This document shows, one piece after another, positions 34,381-46,750 of a stretch of 64,000 nt of DNA; the first letter of the stretch is position 1; every line of letters begins with the position of its first letter. Under the pieces are notes generated by a model that worked only from the letters and a program-made list of their open reading frames with translations, was not told the DNA's origin and searched no databases. Both the position numbers and the translations under genes were made by a program. The stretch is taken from assembly GCA_963766715.1 (NCBI GenBank), contig CAVYBH010000015.1, positions 364,756 to 428,755 of the forward strand, read 5' to 3'. The DNA comes from an uncultured delta proteobacterium. Its GTDB lineage: Bacteria > Myxococcota > Myxococcia > Myxococcales > Anaeromyxobacteraceae.

Positions 34381-34973
34381 GCCCCTCGGGCGGCGGCGCG
34401 GCCTCGCCGTTGCCGGCTCCGGCGTCCGGCGTCCGCCGGGCGGAGCTCCGGGCCGCGGACGCGGTGGGCGCGCTCATGGAGCTGTGGGGCTTCAAGCGGC
34501 AGCTCGGTCGCGTCTGGACCATCCTCTTCCTGTCGGAGCAGCCGCTCGGCGCGGCCGAGGCCTGCGAGCGGCTGGGCATCTCCACGGGGCTGCTCTCCAT
34601 GTCCCTCGCCGAGCTGCGGGCCTGGGGCGCGGTCCGGAACGTCCCGGTCCCCGGCGAGCGCCGCGAGCGCTACGCGGCCGAGGTCGACGTGTGGCGCATG
34701 GTGCAGCGGGTGCTGGGGACGCGGGAGCGCCTGGCGCTCGACCGCGCCCTCGCCGCGTTCCAGGAGTCCCTGGCCGAGCTCCGCGCCTCGATGGTGGACG
34801 CCGACCCCGAGGTCCGCGCCGCGGCCCGGTTCCGGGTCGAGCGGCTGGAGCGGCTCGTGGCGCTGACGCGCGGCGCGGTCGGCCTCCTGGGCGCGCTCCT
34901 CCAGAGCGCGCGCGTGGACCTCTCCCCGCTGAAGGCCCTCTCCGACGCCATCGCCGGCCGGCGCAGGACCTAG
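34377..34973 (+). CDS. GbsR/MarR-family winged-helix transcriptional regulator
   Basis: WGFKRQLGRVWTILFLSEQPL..E..ERLGISTG.LSMSL.EL..WG.V..PGERRERYAAE.D.W; ATGA overlap with mqnP. Confidence 0.85.
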   Translation: MSPSGGGAASPLPAPASGVRRAELRAADAVGALMELWGFKRQLGRVWTILFLSEQPLGAAEACERLGISTGLLSMSLAELRAWGAVRNVPVPGERRERYAAEVDVWRMVQRVLGTRERLALDRALAAFQESLAELRASMVDADPEVRAAARFRVERLERLVALTRGAVGLLGALLQSARVDLSPLKALSDAIAGRRRT

Positions 34974-34986
34974 GCGCCGCGAGGCG

Positions 34987-36311
34987 TCAGTCGGCGAGCG
35001 CCCGGAGCGCCGCCTCCACCGCGCGGGCCGAGATCTCCTCGGGGTCGAGGCCGAGGGGGATCCCTTCCCGGAGGCGGACCTCGCCGGCGACCACGACCCA
35101 GGCCGCGGGCGCGCCCGCCCAGAGCACCGCGGCGTCGCCCCCGCGCCCCTCCGGCACCACCGCGCCCGGTCGCCACTCCAGCAGGACCAGGTCGGCCGCC
35201 GCGCCGGCCTCGATCGCGCCGAGCCGCGCGCCCAGGAGCTGACCGGCCAGGGCTGGCGCCGGTGGGCCAGACCGAGTCGGCGAGGAACTCCGCGGGCGGG
35301 GGCGAGGCCGAACGCCGGACCCGGAGCTGGGCGGCCAGCTCCACGGCCTCCCCGGCCAGGTCGGGGAAGATCCCGTCGGTGCCGAGCGCCACGGGCGCCT
35401 CCACGGCGGCCGCGATCTCCAGGCTCAGGGCGGGCGCGCCCCAGAAGCGCGCGGCCCGGAGCGGCGCCACGAGCACGGCGTCGGCCGCCCGGACCGCCTC
35501 CGCCTCCGGCGTCGCGAGCGTGGTCATGTGGGCGAGCACGGTCCGCGGCCCCAGCAGCCCGGCGTCGTCGAGCATCTGCACCGGCCACTTCTGATCGAGA
35601 CCCCAGGCGCGATCCAGGTCGGCGCCGTCCTCCTCGAGGGCGGCGTGGAGGCCGAAGCGGGCGGCCGGCTCGGCCAGCGCGTGGAGCGTGTCCCGGGTGG
35701 TGGCGTGAAGGCCGTCGAGCCCCGCCATGCCGCGCACCATGGGGATCGGCGGCGCGAGGCGTCGCGAAGTCGAGCGCGGCTCGCGCCGAGGCGCGGCCGC
35801 GGTCGGCCCCGCCCAGGTCGCTCGCGCCATGGGCCAGCACCGCGCGGATGCCGATCCGGCGGACCGCACGCTCGGCGGCGAGCAGGGTGTCGAGCTCCGC
35901 GCCCGGGGCGCCCCGCTCCAGCCCGAGCACGGTGGTCGTCCCGGCCCGGAGCGCGGCCAGCGCGGCAGCCGCGGCGAGCGCCTCCACCTCGGCCGGGCCG
36001 AGCCGCTCCTCGACCGGCCTGCGGAAGCCCTGGCGGAGGGCCTTCGGCGAGCCGGGGTAGCGGGCGGGCAGCCCCGCGAAGCGAAGGAGCTGGCCCAGGG
36101 CCAGGTGGGTGTGGGCGTCGACGCAGCCGGGGACGAGGAGCCGGCCCGCCGCGTCGATCTCCCAGTCGCCGGGCTCGGGCGGAACGGCCTCGCCCGCCAG
36201 GGCCACGCGGAGGATCCGGTCGCCCTGCACGACGACGGTGGCCTCCGCGACGGGCGGGTCGCGCACGAGCCGGGCGCGGCGGATGACGAGGCGGGTCTGC
36301 ACCGGCGACAT
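34987..36311 (-). CDS. Amidohydrolase family protein (SsnA-like; frameshifts ~35750, ~35258)
   Basis: DAAGRLLVPGCVDAHTHL, LRAGTTT, VLAH, LGTDG, G.IEAGAAADLV motifs. Confidence 0.75.
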
Positions 36312-36377
36312 CCTCCCCCGCGTCCTTCCCCTCGTAAAGCCTGGGGATTCAGCCGGCGCCCCGTCCGGGACTTGCCG

Positions 36378-36411
36378 GGTGATGTCGAATTGATATCATT
36401 TCGACATCACC
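36378..36411. promoter_or_regulatory. 34-bp palindromic operator upstream of the SPFH/RHH operon
   Basis: GGTGATGTCGAATTGATATCATTTCGACATCACC; three GATRTC-type boxes at 11-bp period, just before the SD. Confidence 0.75.
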
Positions 36412-36426
36412 TCAGGAGACCCCAAG

Positions 36427-37296
36427 ATGATCCGTGAAAAGGAGCTGCACCCCCCCAGTGGCATCACCTTCCTGGTCTTCCTCGTGCCCGCCGTCATCGG
36501 CTCGGTGGGGATGTTCATCTTCGCGGCGAAGAACCTGCTGCCCGTCGCCGTCCTCGTCGCGTGCGGGCTGACGATCGTGCTCCTCGGCCTGCTCTCCGCC
36601 GGGCTCTTCGTCGTGAACCCCAACGAGGCGAAGGTGCTGCAGCTCTTCGGCAACTACGCGGGCTCGGCGCGCGAGCCCGGCCTGCGCTGGGCGAACCCCT
36701 TCTACACGAAGAGGAAGGTGTCGCTCCGGGTGGTCTCCTTCGAGTCGAGCAAGCTCAAGGTGAACGACCTCGACGGCAACCCGGTGGAGATCGCGGCCAT
36801 CGTGGTCTGGAAGGTCGTGGACAGCGCGGAGGCCGCCTTCCAGGTGGACGACTACGCGGAGTACGTGCGCGTCCAGAGCGAGGCCGCCCTGCGCGGGCTG
36901 GCGTCGCGCTACCCGTACGACGCCCACGACGAGGAGAAGACCTCGCTGCGCGGCGCCACCGCGCTCGTCGCCGAGCAGCTGCAGAAGGAGGTCCAGGAGC
37001 GCGTGAAGGCGGCCGGGGTCCAGGTGCTCGAGGCCCGCATCAGCCACCTCGCCTACGCCCCGGAGATCGCCCAGGCCATGCTGCAGCGGCAGCAGGCCGC
37101 CGCCATCATCGCCGCCCGGACCCGCATCGTGGAGGGCGCGGTCAGCATGGTGGAGATGGCCCTCGAGCGGCTCGAGAAGCACGGCACCGTCCACCTCGAC
37201 GAGGAGCGCAAGGCCGCCATGGTCTCGAACCTCCTGGTGGTGCTCTGCGGCGACCGGGCGGCGCACCCGGTCATCAACGCCGGAACGCTCTACTAG
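36427..37296 (+). CDS. SPFH (band 7) domain membrane protein
   Basis: Two TM helices; [56 protein letters not shown]. Confidence 0.92.
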   Translation: MIREKELHPPSGITFLVFLVPAVIGSVGMFIFAAKNLLPVAVLVACGLTIVLLGLLSAGLFVVNPNEAKVLQLFGNYAGSAREPGLRWANPFYTKRKVSLRVVSFESSKLKVNDLDGNPVEIAAIVVWKVVDSAEAAFQVDDYAEYVRVQSEAALRGLASRYPYDAHDEEKTSLRGATALVAEQLQKEVQERVKAAGVQVLEARISHLAYAPEIAQAMLQRQQAAAIIAARTRIVEGAVSMVEMALERLEKHGTVHLDEERKAAMVSNLLVVLCGDRAAHPVINAGTLY

Positions 37297-37306
37297 GCGG
37301 CGACCC

Positions 37307-37501
37307 TTGGCGGAGCGGAAGCCCTTCCTGTTGCGGATGGACCCCCGGGTCCTCGAGGCCCTCCAGCGCTGGGCCGACGACGACCTGCGCAGCCTGAACG
37401 GGGAGATCGAGTACCTCCTCCGGCGCGCGCTCCACGACGCGGGGCGCACGCCGAAGGCGGACGGCGAGGGCGGGGGCGGCGCGGGGAAGGACGGGCGCTA
37501 G
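37307..37501 (+). CDS. Arc/ribbon-helix-helix DNA-binding protein
   Basis: [33 protein letters not shown] pattern. Confidence 0.85.
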   Translation: MAERKPFLLRMDPRVLEALQRWADDDLRSLNGEIEYLLRRALHDAGRTPKADGEGGGGAGKDGR

Positions 37502-37549
37502 GCGGCGCGCCTTGCCCCCCGCGCGTGGGGGCGGTAAGAAACCGCTCCC

Positions 37550-38664
37550 ATGCTGTCGCCAGAGGTCCTCCAGAAGCTGGAATCGATCGAGCGCCGCTTC
37601 GAGGAGCTGACGCACCACCTCTCCGATCCGGCGGTGGCCTCCTCCGGCGAGCGCTTCAAGAAGGTCTCGAAGGAGCGGGCCGGCCTCGAGCCGACCGTGG
37701 TGGCGCTCCGCGCCTGGCGCAAGATCCAGCAGGAGATCGCCGACAACGAGGCCCTGCTCGCCGAGAAGGACGAGGGCATCCGGGAGATGGCCAAGGAGGA
37801 GCTGGCGGCGCTGCGCCCCGGGTCGATCCGGCCGAGGAGAACCTCAAGGTCTTCCTCATCCCCCGCGACCCGAACGACGACAAGGACGTCATCGTGGAGA
37901 TCCGGGCCGGCGCCGGGGGCGACGAGGCCGGGCTCTTCGCGGCCGAGCTCCTGCGCATGTACCTCCGCTTCGCCGAGCGCCGCGGCTGGCGCTGCGAGGT
38001 GGTCGACGTCTCCGGCAGCACCATGGGCGGCGTGAAGGACGCCACGGTCACCATCAGCGGGGACACCGTCTACTCCCTGATGAAGTACGAGTCGGGCGTC
38101 CACCGGGTCCAGCGCGTCCCCGCCACCGAGGCGCAGGGGCGCATCCACACCTCCACCGCCACCGTGACGGTCATGCCCGAGGCGGAGGAGATCGACGTCC
38201 AGGTCAACCCCGCCGACCTGGAGATCGACGTCTTCCGCTCCACCGGCTCGGGCGGCCAGAGCGTGAACACCACCGACTCCGCGGTCCGCATCACCCACAA
38301 GCCATCCGGACTCGTGGTGAAGTGCCAGCAGGAGAAGAGCCAGACCAAGAACCGGGCCCAGGCCATGAAGATGCTGCGCGCCAAGCTCTTCGAGATCGAG
38401 ATCGAGAAGCAGCGATCCTCCCGGGACGCCACCCGCAAGAGCCAGGTGGGCACCGGCGACCGCTCCGAGAAGATCCGGACCTACAACTTCCCGCAGGACC
38501 GGCTCACCGATCACCGCATCAACCACACCCGGCACAACCTGCCGGCGGTCATGGACGGCGACATCCAGGACCTGATCGACGCCTGCCGGACCCACTTCGC
38601 CGCCGAGGCCCTCAAGGAGGCCTCGAAGAGCGACTCCGCCCGGGCGGCCGAGAAGCGGGCTTGA
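37550..38664 (+). CDS. prfA: Peptide chain release factor 1 (frameshift ~37820)
   Basis: PAT (PxT) motif in [22 protein letters not shown]. Confidence 0.95.
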
Positions 38665-38671
38665 GGACGCC

Positions 38672-39530
38672 TTGAGCGACGAGGCCTGGACCCCGCTCCG
38701 GCTCATCGCCTGGACGCAGGGCTTCTTCGCGAAGGGCGGGGTGGACGCGCCCCGGCTCACCGCCGAGATCCTGCTCGCCCACGCGCTCTCCTGCGACCGG
38801 GTCCGGCTCTACCTGGACTTCGACAAGCCGCTCGGCGCGCCCGAGCTGGCCGCCTACCGGGAGCTGGTGCGGCGCCGCGCCGCCGGCGAGCCCACCGCCT
38901 GGCTCACCGGCCGCCGCGAGTTCCTCGGCCACCGCTTCCGGGTCGACCCGCGCGTGCTCGTGCCGCGCCCGGAGACCGAGCTGGTCGTGGAGGCGGCCCT
39001 CGACCTCCTCCCGGAGGCCGGCGCTGCGCTCGACCTGTGCACCGGCTCGGGCTGCATCGCCGTCGTCGCTCTCGCTCTCCCGCCCCGGCGCGCGGGTGGT
39101 CGCGACCGAGCTCTCGCCCGACGCGCTGGCGGTGGCCCGGGAGAACGCGCTCGCCCTGGGCGCCACGGTCGAGCTCCTCGAGGGGGACCTCTACGCGCCG
39201 CTGCCGCCCGACCTGCGCTTCGACCTGATCGTCTCGAACCCTCCCTACGTCCCGGCGGGCGAGATCGCCGGACTCTCCCGCGAGGTCCGGCGCGAGCCCC
39301 GGATCGCCCTCGACGGCGGCGCCGACGGTCTCGACGTGGTGCGGAGGATCGTGGCCGGCGCCCCGGCGCGGCTCCGGCCGGGGGGAGCGCTCGTCCTCGA
39401 GATGCACGAGACCCACGCCGATCCCCTCCCCGCCCTCTGCCTCGCGGCCGGGTTCGGCCAGGCCACCGTCCACCGCGATCTGGCCGCGCTTCCGCGATGG
39501 GTGGTGGCGCGCCTCCCCACCCCGGCCTAG
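38672..39530 (+). CDS. prmC: Release factor glutamine methyltransferase (frameshift ~39065)
   Basis: VLVPRPETE, DLCTGSG, SNPPY, EP..ALDGG.DGL motifs. Confidence 0.93.
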
Positions 39531-39557
39531 AATCCCCGAGCTCCGAGACCCCATCCG

Positions 39558-41489
<1,932 letters not shown>

Positions 41490-41505
41490 CGGCGCACCGC
41501 GGGCG

Positions 41506-41535
41506 TTGATCCGCGCGGCGCGATCTCGTTATCAT
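41506..41535 (+). promoter_or_regulatory. sigma70-like promoter
   Basis: TTGATC-N18-TATCAT about 80 nt upstream of ATG 41616. Confidence 0.45.
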
Positions 41536-41615
41536 CCCCGATAGCCTTCCCCGACGAGCCGACCAACCACCCCGAACCAAGAGCAGAGCCCGGTCCTGGA
41601 GGAGGACCAATTCTC

Positions 41616-41996
41616 ATGGATTGCCCACGCTGCAGTGTCGAGATGACGGAGATCGCCGGTGACGACAGCGTCATGCAGAGGTGCTCCGACTGCGGTGGGC
41701 TCTGGGTGGAGAACTCGGACGTCAACCGGTTCCTGGTCCACGGCAACCTGCCGGCGCTGACCGCCATCGGCGGCTTCCTGAACACCGACGAGATGGCCGG
41801 CCAGTGCCCGGCCTGCCAGGTCGACCTGGTCGAGGTCGAGGGCGGCGAGAAGAAGGCGCTGCACTACGACACCTGCGAGTCGTGCGGCGGCATCTGGGTG
41901 GAGGGGCCCGAGGAGGGCGACCTCCCCGAGACGCTCGACTGGAAGGACGCCGCCAAGCAGGTGGTCGGCTTCTACCGGCGCTTCGCGAAGAAGTAG
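41616..41996 (+). CDS. Tandem zf-TFIIB zinc-ribbon protein
   Basis: CPRC..CSDCGGLW and CPAC..CESCGGIW; strong SD GGAGG. Confidence 0.85.
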   Translation: MDCPRCSVEMTEIAGDDSVMQRCSDCGGLWVENSDVNRFLVHGNLPALTAIGGFLNTDEMAGQCPACQVDLVEVEGGEKKALHYDTCESCGGIWVEGPEEGDLPETLDWKDAAKQVVGFYRRFAKK

Positions 41997-42021
41997 CGGC
42001 TCCGGCCGCTCGCTCGCTCCC

Positions 42022-42708
42022 TCACCAGTCGCGGTCGTCCCGCCACGGCCAGGCCGTGTTGGAGTACCCGCGGATCTCCCAGTAGCCGCGCCGGTCGTGG
42101 GGCATGAACTCCACGCGCCGGACCCACTTCGCGCCCTTCCACGCCCAGAGCTGCGGCGTCACCACCCGGACCGGGCCGCCGTGCTCGGTGGGCAGGGGCT
42201 CGCCGTCGACCCGGTGCGCCAGGATCACGTCGGACTTGAGCGCCTCCTCGAGCGGGAGGTTGGTCGAGTACCCGTCGTAGGAGTGGAACATCACGTGGGT
42301 GGCGGCCATCGTCGGGCGCGCCAGCGCGGCCAGGGTCTCGAAGGTCACCCCCTGCCAGCGCATGTCGAGCCGGCTCCAGCCGGTCACGCAGTGGAAGTCG
42401 GAGACGTCGTCGGCCTGCGGAAGGGCGAGGAAGTCGTCCCAGCGCAGCCGCATCGGCTCCTCCACCTCTCCCTCGAGGCGGAGCTCCCACCGCTCGGTGG
42501 AGACGACCGGCTGGTCCGCGCAGTCGAGCACCGGCCAGGTGGCGAGCACGTTCTGCCGGGGAGGGACCTGCGGCATCCCGTGGCGATTCGCCGGGCCGGT
42601 TCCTTGCGGGGTCGGGTCGGAGCGGGACGGGGTGAGCGCCATGGCCTCGCCGAAGCGCCTGCGGAGCAGCGCCTTGCCTTCCTCGATCCGCTTCTCGATG
42701 TCGGTCAC
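42022..42708 (-). CDS. Sulfite-oxidase-like molybdopterin-dependent oxidoreductase (no signal peptide)
   Basis: WPVL, DFHCVTGWS, YSTNLPL, EHGGPVR, WKGAKWV, GYWEIRGY motifs. Confidence 0.88.
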   Translation of the reverse strand: MTDIEKRIEEGKALLRRRFGEAMALTPSRSDPTPQGTGPANRHGMPQVPPRQNVLATWPVLDCADQPVVSTERWELRLEGEVEEPMRLRWDDFLALPQADDVSDFHCVTGWSRLDMRWQGVTFETLAALARPTMAATHVMFHSYDGYSTNLPLEEALKSDVILAHRVDGEPLPTEHGGPVRVVTPQLWAWKGAKWVRRVEFMPHDRRGYWEIRGYSNTAWPWRDDRDW

Positions 42709-42719
42709 GGGGTGGGAGT

Positions 42720-44027
42720 CTAGCGCCCCGCCGGCGCGTCCGCCGCTGGCCTTTCGGAGGGCGTCCCAAGCCTCCGCCCCACCTCCCGGGCCCGGCGCAT
42801 GTCGGCCGCGCGCTCCCGGATCTCGGCCAGGTCGCGCTGCATCGCGCTCCATCCGTCCCAGAGGGCGTGGTCGGGGCTCTGGTGGAACGCGCCCTGGAAG
42901 GTGCGCATGCGGTGCTCGGAGAACATCACGAAGAGGCGCTGCTCGACGACCGACGGCGAGTCGTGGAACTGGAGCACGCTGGGGTAGTCGTAGGGCTGGT
43001 CCTTCGACCGCCGGAGGAGCCCGTCCCGGTAGAGCGCGGCCACGATCTCGATGGCCTCGGCCATGAGCCGGTCGGCCTCCTGGATCGACCGGTCGCCCCG
43101 GCGCAGGTTCGAGGACGCGAAGCCCTCCGAGTGGCAGCCCTTGCAGGTCTCGAGCATCCGGGTGCGCTCGGCCTGCCACTCCTCCTGGGTCAGGCGGGCC
43201 ATCCTCGCCGCCTTCACCACCTCGAGGAGCGTGGTGGGCTTCCCGGCCGGGTCGAGGACGCCGAGCGCCTTCAGGATGGTGACCTGGTCGGCCTTCCACC
43301 GGGCGTCCTCGGGGAGCGGCAGCCGCACGCCCAGGAAACCCCAGGCGGTCACGACGCCGTGGTCGCCTCCCTGCATGTGGCAGGTCTGGCAGGTGGGCGC
43401 GGACGCGTCCCTCGGCAGCGCGCCCAGCCGCACCAGCTCGTGGCGGACCCCGTGCTTGGAGGCGTCGTACATCTCCCACTGCGCGTGGTCGAAGCCCATG
43501 TGGCAGCTCTTGCAGGCCTGCGGCTCGCGGGCCTCCTTCACCGAGAAGGTGTGGCGGGTGTGGCAGGAGGCGCAGGCGCCCGCGCCGTAGCCGCGCCCCG
43601 CCACGCGGGCGATGGCCTTCTCGTCGGCCTCCTCCTTGAGCCCGATGGCGTGGCAGCCGCCGCAGCCCTGGAGACCGTCGGTGAAGACCGGCGGCTGGTA
43701 GTGGAAGGTGGGCATGGCCATCATGGCGGCCCAGGCCAGCGCGTGCTTCGACCCCTGGTACTGCTTCATCTGCGCGGGGTGGCACCGGGCGCAGGTGGCG
43801 GGCGCGGGGAGCCTCGCCTTCGAGGCGTCGGTGGCCGCCTGGTGCTCCGCGCCGTGGCAGCTCTCGCAGCCCACCGCGACCTCGGCGTGGCGGGAGAGCT
43901 TCCAGTCGGAGACGATGCCGGGCGTGCGGGTCGCGTGGCAGGCGACGCACCGGGCGGTGACGTCGGAGACGGCGGGTGCGGCGGCGAGCAGGAACGCGAC
44001 GGCGGCGGGGACGGCGGCGGGCATCAT
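42720..44027 (-). CDS. Octaheme cytochrome c, hydroxylamine oxidoreductase (HAO) family
   Basis: Signal peptide; eight CxxCH (CVACH, CESCH, CARCH, CGGCH, CASCH, CKSCH, CQTCH, CKGCH); CHTRHTFS..EAR.P, CHMGFDH.QWE.Y..SKHG, APTCQTCHM. Confidence 0.88.
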   Translation of the reverse strand: MMPAAVPAAVAFLLAAAPAVSDVTARCVACHATRTPGIVSDWKLSRHAEVAVGCESCHGAEHQAATDASKARLPAPATCARCHPAQMKQYQGSKHALAWAAMMAMPTFHYQPPVFTDGLQGCGGCHAIGLKEEADEKAIARVAGRGYGAGACASCHTRHTFSVKEAREPQACKSCHMGFDHAQWEMYDASKHGVRHELVRLGALPRDASAPTCQTCHMQGGDHGVVTAWGFLGVRLPLPEDARWKADQVTILKALGVLDPAGKPTTLLEVVKAARMARLTQEEWQAERTRMLETCKGCHSEGFASSNLRRGDRSIQEADRLMAEAIEIVAALYRDGLLRRSKDQPYDYPSVLQFHDSPSVVEQRLFVMFSEHRMRTFQGAFHQSPDHALWDGWSAMQRDLAEIRERAADMRRAREVGRRLGTPSERPAADAPAGR

Positions 44028-44059
44028 CTCGGTCGTCTCCTCGGGAAGGGTGAACGTTA

Positions 44060-44635
44060 TCACCGGCCCGGGGGCGAGAGGGTCGCCACCACCGCCACGG
44101 CCTCCCCGGCCGCGACGACCGCCATCGGCTGGCCCTGGGCCCCGTCCGCACGCAGGGTCTCGCCGGCCTGGAGCCGGGTCCCGCCGGCGTCGAGCGCTCC
44201 CTCGAGCAGGTGCAGGAGCACGGTCGCCGCAGGGGGGAGGTCGACCCGCGAGCCGGCGGGCATCCGCAGGATCTCGAGGCTGCCCACGGCCGCGCCCCGG
44301 GCGACCATGAGGTTCAGGTCCCGGACCGGGCCGTCGACGAGCTCGCACGAGGCGCGCCACCCGCCGTCGAAGGTGAAGGGCTCGAGCGGACGGTCGAGCC
44401 GGCGCGACGGCGCCTCCGCGAAGTGGAGGACGAAGCCCGCGACCCTCGAGCAGGAGGATGTGCCGGTCGTACCCGCCGAAGTCGGAGAAGGGTCCGGAGG
44501 CGGCCACCTCCGCGATGCTCAGGCGCCAGAGGAAGCCGGCCGGGCCGCCGGGCTCCGCCGCGATCTCGGTCGTGGTCCCGCCCCCGTTCCTCCAGGGCAT
44601 CCGCCGGTAGTCGGGGGGAGCGAGACGGACGACGG

Positions 44636-44639
<4 letters not shown>
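44060..44639 (-). CDS. HutD/Ves family protein (frameshift ~44437)
   Basis: MPWRNGGGTTTEI, WRLSIA, GPFS.F.GYDR, DLNLM motifs. Confidence 0.85.
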
Positions 44640-46303
<1,664 letters not shown>

Positions 46304-46418
46304 GGCGGGGCGGATACTTTCCACGAAGGCGCCCCGGCCGCAAGGGACCGCCGGCCCCCGGCTTCCGATCGGGGGAAGGATCCGCTAGTTTCCCGGGTTC
46401 GACCTCTCGGAGCGGCGC

Positions 46419-46737
46419 ATGGGATTGCTGGATTCACTGGGATTCGGACGCAAGGACGAGGGCAAGGGCGAGGACGCCCCGGCCCGGCCCGCGCCGGCTC
46501 CCGCCTCCGTCCCACGCCGCCCATGGCGGCGTCTCCTGGGCGCCCCGGATCGACGCCGGCGAGTGCCGCGGCTGCGGCACCTGCATCGACGAGTGCCCGG
46601 CCGGCGTCTTCGCCATGGGGCGCCACGACAAGGGCGCCCGGGTGGCCCGGCCGCAGGACTGCCGGGCCACGTGCGAGCTGTGCGCCGCCCGCTGCCCCGA
46701 GGAAGGGATCTCCTTCCCCGGGCGCGGCGGCCGCTAG
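46419..46737 (+). CDS. 2[4Fe-4S] ferredoxin (frameshift ~46545)
   Basis: Second frame gives CRGCGTCIDECP and CRATCELCAARCP. Confidence 0.75.
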
Positions 46738-46750
46738 CCCTGCCCCGCTG

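Noticed and set aside
32304..34973. Amidohydrolase-UbiA-GbsR fusion (889 aa ORF)
   Set aside because: Separate genes with ATGA overlaps; joined only through frameshifted filler
37550..38664. Frameshift in a release factor gene as programmed frameshifting
   Set aside because: This is RF1 (PAT motif), not RF2; there is no CTT-TGA site; similar indels occur throughout the window
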